Part shown: positions 1 to 6,082 of the stretch, piece after piece
How positions within the stretch are numbered: the first letter of the stretch is position 1
Layout of the letters: each line of letters begins with the position of its first letter
Virus record (IMG/VR): IMGVR_UViG_2531839661_000013
Coordinates: 1 to 9,877 of that record
Strand: one strand, 5' to 3'
From: a virus
Lineage: Duplodnaviria > Heunggongvirae > Uroviricota > Caudoviricetes
DNA: 9,877 bases
Notes under the pieces: model-generated
Database searches by the model: none
The model's input: the letters and a program-made list of their open reading frames with translations, nothing else
What the model was told of the DNA's origin: nothing
Position numbers and translations under genes: made by a program

Positions 1-1242
1 ATGGCGAGAAAAACACCCCCATTAACCACAGTACAGATCAAAGCAGCCAGACCAGCAGAAAAGGAATACACCCTACAGGACGGCGGAGGGCTTTTTCTCC
101 TGATCAAACCGTCCGGATCAAAACTCTGGAGATTTTCCTACTACCGACCATCGGACAAAAAAAGAATATTGCTGAGTTTTGGATCGCTTGATGATGTTTC
201 CCTGGCTGATGCCAGAAAACGCCGTAGCGAGTACAGGGCGTTAATTCGTGCCGGAACTGACCCGCAGGACCACGAGAGGCAAAAAAGAGAGACAGAGGCC
301 CGAAGACAAGGGAACACGTTCGAAAATGTGGCAACAGCATGGTACCAGGTGAAAATCAGCCAGAATCTGGCCCCCAATACGATTAAAGACATCTGGCGAT
401 CGCTGGAAAAATATGTATTCCCGTTCATCGGCAACACGCCAATAGACACCCTGACCGCTCGCAGGTTCGTTGAGGTGCTTACCCCCATCAAGGAACGTGG
501 CAACCTGGAAACGCTCAAGCGAGTTTTACAGCGTATAAATGAGGTAATGGATTACGCCGCCAATAGTGGGATGATTGATGCCAATCCGGCTATGAATGTG
601 CGTAAGGCGTTCCCCTCCCCTGTAAAAAAACATATGCCAACAATCCGCCCCGAACAGCTGCCGGAGCTTATGCAGGCTTTATCAGTATCGGCAACAGAAC
701 GGCAGACCAGATTACTGATTGAATGGCAGTTACTGACCGTAACCCGTCCCGTTGAAGCATCGTCGGCACGCTGGGAAGAAATCGACATGGAAGCGCAACG
801 CTGGACCATACCCGCCGGACGCATGAAGATGCGCCGCGACCACGTTATCCCGCTTTGTGACCAGGCTATGGCAGTGCTGGAGGCTATGAAACCAATCAGC
901 CACCACCGCGATTATGTTTTCCCGAGTCTGAAAGACCCACAGCAGCCGATGAACAGCCAGACCGCTAACGCAGCATTACGACGCATGGGATTCGCTGGCG
1001 TGCTGGTGTCTCATGGATTACGCGCCATATTCAGCACAGCAGCGAACGAAGAAGGCTTTGAGCCGGACGTAATAGAGGCCGCACTTGCCCACGTCGACAC
1101 CAACGAAGTCAGACGGGCATACAACCGGAGCAACTACATAGAAAAACGCATCGTGCTTATGCGCTGGTGGGGCGAATTTGTCGAGGCTGCGGCGACGGGC
1201 GTAACCCTCGCCAGTGGTAAAAGGGGTATCCGAGCCGTTTAG
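1..1242 (+). CDS. int: P4-type tyrosine integrase (IntA-like site-specific recombinase)
   Basis: 413-aa ORF starting MARKTPPLT...IKAA...DGGGLFLLIKPSGSKLWRFSYYRP, the N-terminal signature of P4/CP4-57 IntA-type integrases. C-terminal catalytic region has HxxR (AHVDTNEVRRAYNRSNY) and HGLRAIFST motifs. Window begins at its start codon, so the att site and target gene lie upstream, outside the window. Confidence 0.92.
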   Translation: MARKTPPLTTVQIKAARPAEKEYTLQDGGGLFLLIKPSGSKLWRFSYYRPSDKKRILLSFGSLDDVSLADARKRRSEYRALIRAGTDPQDHERQKRETEARRQGNTFENVATAWYQVKISQNLAPNTIKDIWRSLEKYVFPFIGNTPIDTLTARRFVEVLTPIKERGNLETLKRVLQRINEVMDYAANSGMIDANPAMNVRKAFPSPVKKHMPTIRPEQLPELMQALSVSATERQTRLLIEWQLLTVTRPVEASSARWEEIDMEAQRWTIPAGRMKMRRDHVIPLCDQAMAVLEAMKPISHHRDYVFPSLKDPQQPMNSQTANAALRRMGFAGVLVSHGLRAIFSTAANEEGFEPDVIEAALAHVDTNEVRRAYNRSNYIEKRIVLMRWWGEFVEAAATGVTLASGKRGIRAV

Positions 1243-1340
1243 CTGTACAGAAAACCAGTAAAAACTACGAAAACCATTTAAAACCGTCGTATAATTGCAT
1301 CACATTTAACGACGAGGCCTTGAAAAATGAAACTGTTAAG

Positions 1341-1571
1341 ATGCAAACAAATTTCAGATGCAATTGCGACGGGCTGCAACTGGCCCTGATGGTTCAGCAT
1401 GAATTTTGGTCAACCTACGATCCGGAGGACAGAACGACGGCCCCATCAAAAAAACAGGTAGTAGATTTCCTGGTATCCCGTGGGGCTTCCAGAAATCTGG
1501 CTGTAAGTATTGATAAGGTTGTACGTCCGGCATCCATGAAGACCGGAGGCAGGCCAAAAAAATGGCGGTAA
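1341..1571 (+). CDS. hypothetical small protein (76 aa from ATG 1341; the track ORF uses a TTG at 1320)
   Basis: ORF co-oriented with int and alpA. A perfect TATAAT lies at 1290-1295 and a strong intrinsic terminator directly follows the stop. No convincing Shine-Dalgarno before the ATG, so the transcript could instead be non-coding. Confidence 0.3.
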   Translation: MQTNFRCNCDGLQLALMVQHEFWSTYDPEDRTTAPSKKQVVDFLVSRGASRNLAVSIDKVVRPASMKTGGRPKKWR

Positions 1572-1581
1572 CAATCCTGAA

Positions 1582-1605
1582 AGCGGCAGAAATGCCGCTT
1601 TTTTT
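1582..1605 (+). terminator. Rho-independent terminator
   Basis: Stem AGCGGCA (1582-1588), loop GAAA, stem TGCCGCT (1593-1599), then a T7 run. Confidence 0.6.
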
Positions 1606-1630
1606 ATAAATCCCTTTCAAATCATCAATA

Positions 1631-1723
1631 TAAAAAACGGTGTATACCGTTTAAAAACGGTGAGTACTGTTTTTCCCTGCATCCGATGATTTACCGTATT
1701 TCTCACCGGAATACACCGGATTA
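1631..1723 (+). promoter_or_regulatory. repeat-rich putative control region upstream of alpA
   Basis: Direct repeats AAAAACGGTGTATAC (1633-1647) and AAAAACGGTGAGTAC (1653-1667), the first embedded in the dyad AAACGG-TGTATA-CCGTTT. Tandem CACCGGAATA / CACCGGATTA at 1704-1723, just 5' of the alpA RBS (GAGG 1726-1729). Confidence 0.35.
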
Positions 1724-1738
1724 ATGAGGTAAATCACG

Positions 1739-1945
1739 ATGGAAGCAATCAAAAAAGTCATCTTTCGCCAGGAAGTAAAAAAACTTATCCACATTAAGGC
1801 AGACAGCACGCTGCAAAGCATGATCAACGCCGGAGAATTCCCGCAGGGTTTTCGTGTCGGTTTGCGCCGTCGCGGATGGTATGAGGAAGACGTAATCGCA
1901 TGGATGAAAGAACGCGAACAAGAAGCGCGCGGAACGACCGCTTAA
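1739..1945 (+). CDS. alpA: AlpA-family phage/satellite transcriptional regulator (MerR-like HTH)
   Basis: 68-aa protein with the AlpA pattern: hydrophobic segment plus HTH (VIFRQEVKKLIHIKADSTLQSMINAGEFPQ), then GxRxxGWxEEDVxAWM. RBS GAGG sits 9 nt upstream. Confidence 0.85.
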   Translation: MEAIKKVIFRQEVKKLIHIKADSTLQSMINAGEFPQGFRVGLRRRGWYEEDVIAWMKEREQEARGTTA

Positions 1946-1970
1946 CATATATAGGGCAAATGATGAACAT

Positions 1971-1998
1971 AAAAAAAGCGGCCCCGAAATGGAGCCAC
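1971..1998 (-). terminator. putative intrinsic terminator for the leftward small-gene cluster (weakly bidirectional)
   Basis: On the minus strand: GGCUCC-AUUUC-GGGGCC (6-bp stem with one G-U pair), then GC and a U7 run. Lies between the convergent alpA and the 2067-2270 gene. Confidence 0.4.
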
Positions 1999-2066
1999 CT
2001 TTCTGAACAATTAACCCGCTGCGCCGTATGTGTCAACAATCATAAGCCCGGGCATGATAACCGCGA

Positions 2067-2270
2067 TCAGGCTGGTGGGCAATTATCTTGCTTGTTGGGG
2101 CCGTATTGTGCTGCCATTTTCATCCGTTCAGAACGTGAATATTTTTTTAGAAACTCATCAAGGACAAAAGCGCATGGTGCGAATCTTTCTGATTCATGCT
2201 CGAACGCCATATTTTCGTGCTCTCTGTTCGTTTTTTGCGATGGTGTATTGGTTGATTCTTTGTTGGTCAT
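2067..2270 (-). CDS. hypothetical small protein (67 aa), module-2 partner, paralog of the 2616-2843 product
   Basis: Begins ATGACCAACAA (MTNK...), identical at nucleotide level to the start of ORF 2616-2843. N-terminal pattern P-x-Q-x-T-x-x-E-x-E is shared between the two. Preceded by the conserved leader. Confidence 0.5.
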   Translation of the reverse strand: MTNKESTNTPSQKTNREHENMAFEHESERFAPCAFVLDEFLKKYSRSERMKMAAQYGPNKQDNCPPA

Positions 2271-2323
2271 TGTGTGTACCTGTAAAGCAATGCGCCGGAG
2301 TTCCTCACGCCACGGCGCTGATG
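2260..2323 (-). promoter_or_regulatory. conserved leader / translation-initiation element, copy 2
   Basis: 45-bp core (2279-2323) matches 2852-2896 at 42 of 45 positions. Contains the dyad GCGCCG-N15-CGGCGC. The 11-mer TTGTTGGTCAT (reverse complement ATGACCAACAA) at 2260-2270 is identical in both copies. Confidence 0.55.
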
Positions 2324-2327
2324 TTTT

Positions 2328-2501
2328 TTATCCTTTGGGTTCAATACCGCGTTGCTGTAATTCTTTTCGGAGTACTCGCTTGATCCAGGTGGCTAAAGAA
2401 GTGTCACCGTCTGCTTTCGCTGCCTCTTCAAGTTGTGCTCTGAATTCTTCTGGTAGCCGCATTTGGTATGGAGGCGATCGCTTTTCCAATGGTGTTGACA
2501 T
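2328..2501 (-). CDS. Arc/MetJ-type ribbon-helix-helix DNA-binding protein (57 aa)
   Basis: Hand translation of the minus strand gives MSTPLEKRSPPYQMRLPEEFRAQLEEAAKADGDTSLATWIKRVLRKELQQRGIEPKG. The segment RLPEEFRAQLEEAAKADGDTSLATWIKRVL is a classic RHH beta-strand, helix, turn, helix pattern. AAGGG lies 8 nt before the ATG. Not in the supplied ORF track because it is under the length cutoff. Confidence 0.7.
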   Translation of the reverse strand: MSTPLEKRSPPYQMRLPEEFRAQLEEAAKADGDTSLATWIKRVLRKELQQRGIEPKG

Positions 2502-2541
2502 GGTAATTACCCTTAATTACTATAGTTACATGGTAATTACC
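2502..2541. promoter_or_regulatory. putative operator: two perfect 10-bp palindromes GGTAATTACC
   Basis: GGTAATTACC at 2502-2511 and 2532-2541, 30 bp centre to centre, with a third TAATTAC half-site at 2514-2520. Immediately upstream of the Arc-like gene, overlapping its RBS and a candidate -10 (TATAGT on the minus strand). Confidence 0.5.
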
Positions 2542-2560
2542 ATTGTACTTACCGTTATAC

Positions 2561-2596
2561 AAAAAACAACGCCCCGGAAACGGAATAATCCGTTTC
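2561..2596 (-). terminator. possible terminator/insulator between module 1 and module 2
   Basis: Perfect 8-bp hairpin GAAACGGA-N4-TCCGTTTC (2577-2596), followed on the minus strand by CGGGGCGTTGTTTTTT. The U-run starts about 10 nt after the stem, so this is not a canonical terminator. Confidence 0.3.
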
Positions 2597-2615
2597 ATAG
2601 TTCCGTTTTGTGTAC

Positions 2616-2843
2616 TCATCCTGGCGGGCGATTCTTACGGGACTTTAGCCGCCGTGGGCAGCTTGCTAAAAATGCCTCCAACGCGAATAGTCCTGGTTTC
2701 ATTTCTATCGGTATTAGTTGGATATTCAGAGGATTAGCCAGTTCGGCTTCAAGGCGAGCACAGGTTTCTAACTGCCTTTGCCGAATGATTTCATCTTCTT
2801 GCGTCTGCGTGTCTTGTATTGGTAATAGTGTGTTGTTGGTCAT
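2616..2843 (-). CDS. hypothetical small protein (75 aa), module-1 partner, paralog of the 2067-2270 product
   Basis: Begins ATGACCAACAA (MTNN...). Weak RBS (CAGGG) lies inside the conserved leader. C-terminus is basic (RRLKSRKNRPPG). Confidence 0.5.
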   Translation of the reverse strand: MTNNTLLPIQDTQTQEDEIIRQRQLETCARLEAELANPLNIQLIPIEMKPGLFALEAFLASCPRRLKSRKNRPPG

Positions 2844-2896
2844 GGTACTGCCCTGTAAAGCAATGCGCCGTAGTACCTCACGCCACGGCGCTGATA
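2833..2896 (-). promoter_or_regulatory. conserved leader / translation-initiation element, copy 1
   Basis: Paralogous to 2260-2323 with the same GCGCCG-N15-CGGCGC dyad. Sits between the stop of the RHH gene (2901) and the start of ORF 2616-2843. Confidence 0.55.
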
Positions 2897-2900
2897 GTGA

Positions 2901-3080
2901 TTATTCTGATTCTTTGGCCTTGCGACGCTGGCGGCGTTTGATTTCGCCGCGCATGGCAGTAACGATAAATTGTGCGTCTGTTTCGTTTTCTTCTTTTACC
3001 AAATTCATTTCGCTTAAAACGTCTAGAGGTACTCTAGCAGTTTTTTGTTGTGACTTGTTGTTGGTTGTACCTGTTGGCAT
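2901..3080 (-). CDS. putative ribbon-helix-helix-like DNA-binding protein (59 aa)
   Basis: Internal ATG of the 107-aa track ORF, preceded by a perfect AAGGAG with 7-nt spacer. Product MPTGTTNNKSQQKTARVPLDVLSEMNLVKEENETDAQFIVTAMRGEIKRRQRRKAKESE has an RHH-like strand-helix-helix pattern and a basic tail. The N-terminal extension in the track would run across the operator dyads. Confidence 0.5.
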   Translation of the reverse strand: MPTGTTNNKSQQKTARVPLDVLSEMNLVKEENETDAQFIVTAMRGEIKRRQRRKAKESE

Positions 3081-3103
3081 CTCTGTTCTCCTTACTGTTA
3101 GGT

Positions 3104-3207
3104 GGTGTTCAGTATACGGAGAAAAAAAAATAAAAAAAGACTTGAAGTGCAAGTCACCTAAAAGTAACCTAGATTTCAAGGTGACTTGCACCAAAAAACA
3201 ACGCCCC
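3104..3207. promoter_or_regulatory. divergent control region with 13-bp inverted repeats and an A-tract
   Basis: Inverted repeat GTGCAAGTCACCT (3147-3159) / AGGTGACTTGCAC (3179-3191). Nested hairpin GACTTG-AAGTG-CAAGTC (3139-3155). A9-T-A7 tract at 3122-3138. Candidate leftward -10 TATACT (minus strand, 3111-3116). Shared 15-mer AAAAAACAACGCCCC at 3193-3207. Confidence 0.45.
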
Positions 3208-3264
3208 ACAGTGCTGGAACACATGCAGGGCGTCTAACCACAAACACTATAGAGAGGTAAATTT

Positions 3265-3459
3265 ATGGTTGCCGTAAATCATACCCCACGACTAGCACAC
3301 ACACAAACGGCCTTTGTGTGGCGTTTTCTGGCACTGAGTGCCGGAGAATCTCAAATCATCCACGTAACCGCCTGGACGGAACGCGAAGCGCGTAGCCGTT
3401 GCCCGTCCGGTTGTGTCGCTGTATTTGCCGCCCGTATTCGCCAGGGGGTAGGCTTATGA
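3265..3459 (+). CDS. small protein, possibly Icd-like host cell-division inhibitor family
   Basis: 64 aa, RBS GAGAGG 7 nt upstream. Motif AFVWRFLALSAG...VTAWTEREARSR...VAVFAARIR resembles the short Icd-like proteins found upstream of primases in P4-like elements. Family assignment is from memory of the pattern and is not verified. Confidence 0.5.
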   Translation: MVAVNHTPRLAHTQTAFVWRFLALSAGESQIIHVTAWTEREARSRCPSGCVAVFAARIRQGVGL

Positions 3460-3689
3460 GCCAGGAAATCACACTACAACAGGCAGCAGAACGCGCCCAC
3501 CAAATCGAAGTTATTTGCGCACTGGCAGAGGATTACCCTGGCATGATGACCGACAGCGAATCAGGGGCAATCATCGGCTTACTTAAACGCCTTAGCGGTG
3601 AGGTCTGCGTATTCCTGAGCGATGAACAGGAAAGAAGAACGCTTATTTCTAACGAAAAAAAATGCGGAGGGGTACACCATGTGCAATAA
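3456..3689 (+). CDS. hypothetical protein (77 aa)
   Basis: ATG at 3456 overlaps the upstream stop (ATGA). RBS AGGGGG 7 nt upstream. First of a run of translationally coupled genes. Confidence 0.55.
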   Translation: MSQEITLQQAAERAHQIEVICALAEDYPGMMTDSESGAIIGLLKRLSGEVCVFLSDEQERRTLISNEKKCGGVHHVQ

Positions 3690-3939
3690 AACCACACCGG
3701 ACGCAGCCGCCGAAGCCATCAAAACGCTGATGCACGCGCTGATTGATATTTCTGTTATCGCGGACAGGGCACATAAGCACGCCACCAGCGAAACAGAATA
3801 TGCCGGGGCTTTCGTTCCTCACTCACTGGCTGTTATGCAATTTAGTGCTGATATGGCACTGAATGAGGCTAAAACCATCCTGATTACTGATTGTGAAAAT
3901 GGGGGGGGGTTATGCGTGATGATCGTTTTAATTCCCTGA
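3679..3939 (+). CDS. hypothetical protein (86 aa); reading frame crosses a G9 homopolymer
   Basis: ATG 3679 with RBS GGAGGGG. The C-terminus (ENGGGLCVMIVLIP) is translated through the G9 run at 3901-3909, so its 3' end and length depend on the tract length. Confidence 0.45.
   Translation: MCNKTTPDAAAEAIKTLMHALIDISVIADRAHKHATSETEYAGAFVPHSLAVMQFSADMALNEAKTILITDCENGGGLCVMIVLIP
3901..3909. repeat. G9 homopolymeric tract at a gene junction
   Basis: Nine consecutive G directly seen at 3901-3909. The run serves as the Shine-Dalgarno for the ATG at 3912 and lies inside the 3' end of the preceding ORF. Confidence 0.9.
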
Positions 3940-4145
3940 AACAAGAATTTTCCGGCGTTCCTGATGATGCGGCTGATGCGCTTTCGTCAATGCCAGAACT
4001 TATTAGAGCGGCTTTTTTCTTACTTTCCACGAAAGAATATAAATCAACGGGACTTGATGTACTGAATATCGCCGCCGATTATGCGGAATATGTGGCAGAG
4101 GCGCGTTACAGAAGAAAATTTCCTGAGGATGTAAGCCATGCGTGA
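3912..4145 (+). CDS. hypothetical protein (77 aa)
   Basis: ATG 3912 is two nt downstream of the G-run. Acidic, helical-looking sequence with no recognisable motif. Confidence 0.5.
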   Translation: MRDDRFNSLKQEFSGVPDDAADALSSMPELIRAAFFLLSTKEYKSTGLDVLNIAADYAEYVAEARYRRKFPEDVSHA

Positions 4146-4371
4146 TATTTACATTGAAACAATAGACCGCGCATTTAGTGCCCTTGCTTACGCTGAAGGT
4201 ATGTACGAAATATTGCAAATGTGGCTGGAAACATTTGACGATAATGAGCGTGATGTAAAGAAGGCGCGGATTATTAAATCACTGATAACTCTCCTTGAAC
4301 CTGTAATAACAGAGTTGCAGGAAATAGACTTATTGCACGACAGATATAACGAACAGCACACCGGAGAATAA
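4138..4371 (+). CDS. hypothetical protein (77 aa)
   Basis: Start overlaps the upstream stop by 8 nt. Acidic helical protein. Confidence 0.55.
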   Translation: MRDIYIETIDRAFSALAYAEGMYEILQMWLETFDDNERDVKKARIIKSLITLLEPVITELQEIDLLHDRYNEQHTGE

Positions 4372-4376
4372 AAATA

Positions 4377-4676
4377 ATGAAACTTAAATATTCTGGCTTA
4401 ACTGCCAGTGGCAACACTCACCCTAAATTTACGCGCGGTGATATTTACCGCGACCAGTACGGCGGCACGGTAATGATTAAGGGCGTGGCGGGACGGTGCG
4501 TAACTTACCGCCGTGAAGGTTACGAATATGATTGCGTGATGCCTGTTTATCAGTTCCGGCGTGATTTTTCTCTGGTACAGACCGCGCCGCATAACGTGCC
4601 CACCAGCAACGCCAGGGCACGGGCAAACATCCAGAAGCTGAAAACCATGATTAACGGATTCAGGAGTAAAAAATGA
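4377..4676 (+). CDS. hypothetical protein (99 aa)
   Basis: RBS GGAG upstream. Its stop overlaps the primase ATG (ATGA at 4673-4676). Confidence 0.55.
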   Translation: MKLKYSGLTASGNTHPKFTRGDIYRDQYGGTVMIKGVAGRCVTYRREGYEYDCVMPVYQFRRDFSLVQTAPHNVPTSNARARANIQKLKTMINGFRSKK

Positions 4677-6082
4677 AACTGGCACCGAACGTAAAACTAT
4701 TACCGAAAGATAAATACACCGATGCGATTATTTTTGCGGGTATTGATGCTCACTCATTCGCAGAGCATTACATCATTGCACAGGCCAAAAAAGCAGGCGA
4801 TCCAGTCCCTCCCGTTTATCTGGGGCGTTATCAGTTAAGCGAACTGGATAACCTCCAGATTGTTGATGATGGGCGATACAGGGCGACGGTGATACGCGCC
4901 GGAAATATTGAAGAGCCGCAGCTGTTAACCATCGCCACGAAACTGGCGATCGCCGGAGTCCAGGAGGCGCGGCTACTTTCTGAAAATTTCGAATTGCTGG
5001 AGGAATGGAGCGACCAGCTTCCACGGCTTAGGGAGGCATGGGAACGCGGGGAAAGCCTGGTCATGAAAAAAATCCCCCAGCGAAAAACCACGCTACCGAT
5101 GAGCGTTGGATCTACCGGATACGACACACAGCTTGATTACGTGGTAAAGGGGATTATTCCGGCATCGTCGCTTTGCAGCATATACGGGGCGAGCGGTTCC
5201 TATAAATCATTCCTTGCCGGATCGTGGGCGTGTCACGTTTCCACGGGCCGCCAGTGGGGAGGCCGCAGGGTGGCGCATGGCGCTGTTCTCTATGTGGTTG
5301 GTGAAGGCGGTATCGGCGTTCCGCGTCGTGTAAAAGCCTGGGAGGTTGTGCACGATGAGCAGGTGAAAAATCTGTATCTGGTAAACCGTCCCATCTTTCC
5401 GGCGGTCCCGCTTGATGTTGATGAAATGGTTATCGCTGCCCGTCAGGTGGAGCGGGAAACGGGTAAACCTGTACGCATGATTATTCTGGATACGCTGGCG
5501 CGTTGCTTTGGTGGCAATGATGAAAATGATTCCCGTGATATGGGGGCATTTATCCGTGGTTGTGACGAACTGAAACGACGCACAGGGGCTACGGTGCTGG
5601 TGGTTCACCATTCCGGCAAGGATGAGACGAAAGGCGCGCGTGGTTCCAGTGCATTTCGTGCATCACTGGACGCTGAATACCGGATACGCAGGGAGGACGC
5701 AGGAAGCGAAGCGCTGGTTATCTCATGCACCAAAATGAAGGACGCGGAGGAACTCAAAGAAGCCGCATATGACTTACGCGTGGTGGAGCTGTTTACCGAC
5801 GCTGACGGGGAGTTAATCACGTCGCTGGTGGTGGTGGATAAGCCGCGTCCTCCCGTTGAACTGGAGCGCATCGAAGAGGCTGGCAACAAGACGGAGAATC
5901 ATGCTGCGCTATGGGGATGTATCCGGTCACGCACACAGCACGGCGACAAGTGCACGATCCCGCTGTTACGTGACGATATGAAAAAGCTGGGGTACGAAAT
6001 GAAAAACTTCAGCCGCTGGCTACGCAAGCTGGAAAAAGACGCCGTTATTTATATCGACGGTGATGATGTAGGCCCTCTGTAA
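4673..6082 (+). CDS. satellite replication protein: RecA-fold ATPase (RepA/DnaB-like), primase/helicase-like
   Basis: 469 aa. P-loop YGASGSYKSF at 5183-5212 (variant Walker A, GxxGxYKS). Walker B-like hhhhD (MIILDTLA) and downstream VLVVHHSGKDE...GSSAF, typical of RepA-like replicative ATPases. RBS AGGAG 6 nt upstream. An iteron array follows immediately. Confidence 0.8.
   Translation: MKLAPNVKLLPKDKYTDAIIFAGIDAHSFAEHYIIAQAKKAGDPVPPVYLGRYQLSELDNLQIVDDGRYRATVIRAGNIEEPQLLTIATKLAIAGVQEARLLSENFELLEEWSDQLPRLREAWERGESLVMKKIPQRKTTLPMSVGSTGYDTQLDYVVKGIIPASSLCSIYGASGSYKSFLAGSWACHVSTGRQWGGRRVAHGAVLYVVGEGGIGVPRRVKAWEVVHDEQVKNLYLVNRPIFPAVPLDVDEMVIAARQVERETGKPVRMIILDTLARCFGGNDENDSRDMGAFIRGCDELKRRTGATVLVVHHSGKDETKGARGSSAFRASLDAEYRIRREDAGSEALVISCTKMKDAEELKEAAYDLRVVELFTDADGELITSLVVVDKPRPPVELERIEEAGNKTENHAALWGCIRSRTQHGDKCTIPLLRDDMKKLGYEMKNFSRWLRKLEKDAVIYIDGDDVGPL

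Noticed and set aside
104-824. Three minus-strand ORFs (104-340, 141-518, 552-824) inside the integrase gene
   Set aside because: Antisense to a confidently identified integrase, with no RBS and no motif; typical shadow ORFs.
1354-1620. 88-aa minus-strand ORF between int and alpA
   Set aside because: Needs a TTG start, overlaps the plus-strand terminator hairpin, and opposes the orientation of every neighbouring gene.
2030-2737. Track ORFs 2030-2383 (+), 2428-2619 (-) and 2543-2737 (+)
   Set aside because: They overlap the better-supported minus-strand genes and the operator region. 2543-2737 needs a TTG start and has no RBS, and 2428-2619 runs across the GGTAATTACC palindromes.
2279-2896. 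Possible CRISPR array suggested by the repeated 45-bp GC-rich element
   Set aside because: Only two copies, 573 bp apart, each tied to a start codon and RBS; no regular repeat-spacer periodicity and no cas genes.
1900-3237. 445-aa plus-strand ORF spanning the whole leftward cluster
   Set aside because: Cys/Ser/Arg-rich low-complexity translation with no RBS. It runs straight through the operator palindromes and both copies of the conserved leader, and lies antisense to four minus-strand genes that have proper RBS and recognisable RHH motifs. Most likely an open frame by chance.
3622-3678. Longer N-terminal extension of the 3679-3939 gene (track start 3622)
   Set aside because: The extension overlaps the end of the preceding gene in another frame, and ATG 3679 has a strong GGAGGGG RBS, so the shorter start is preferred.
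4773-5889. Minus-strand ORFs inside the replication ATPase gene (4773-5024, 4831-5127, 5207-5611, 5605-5889)
   Set aside because: Antisense to a gene with clear Walker motifs; Ser/Arg-rich translations typical of spurious frames.
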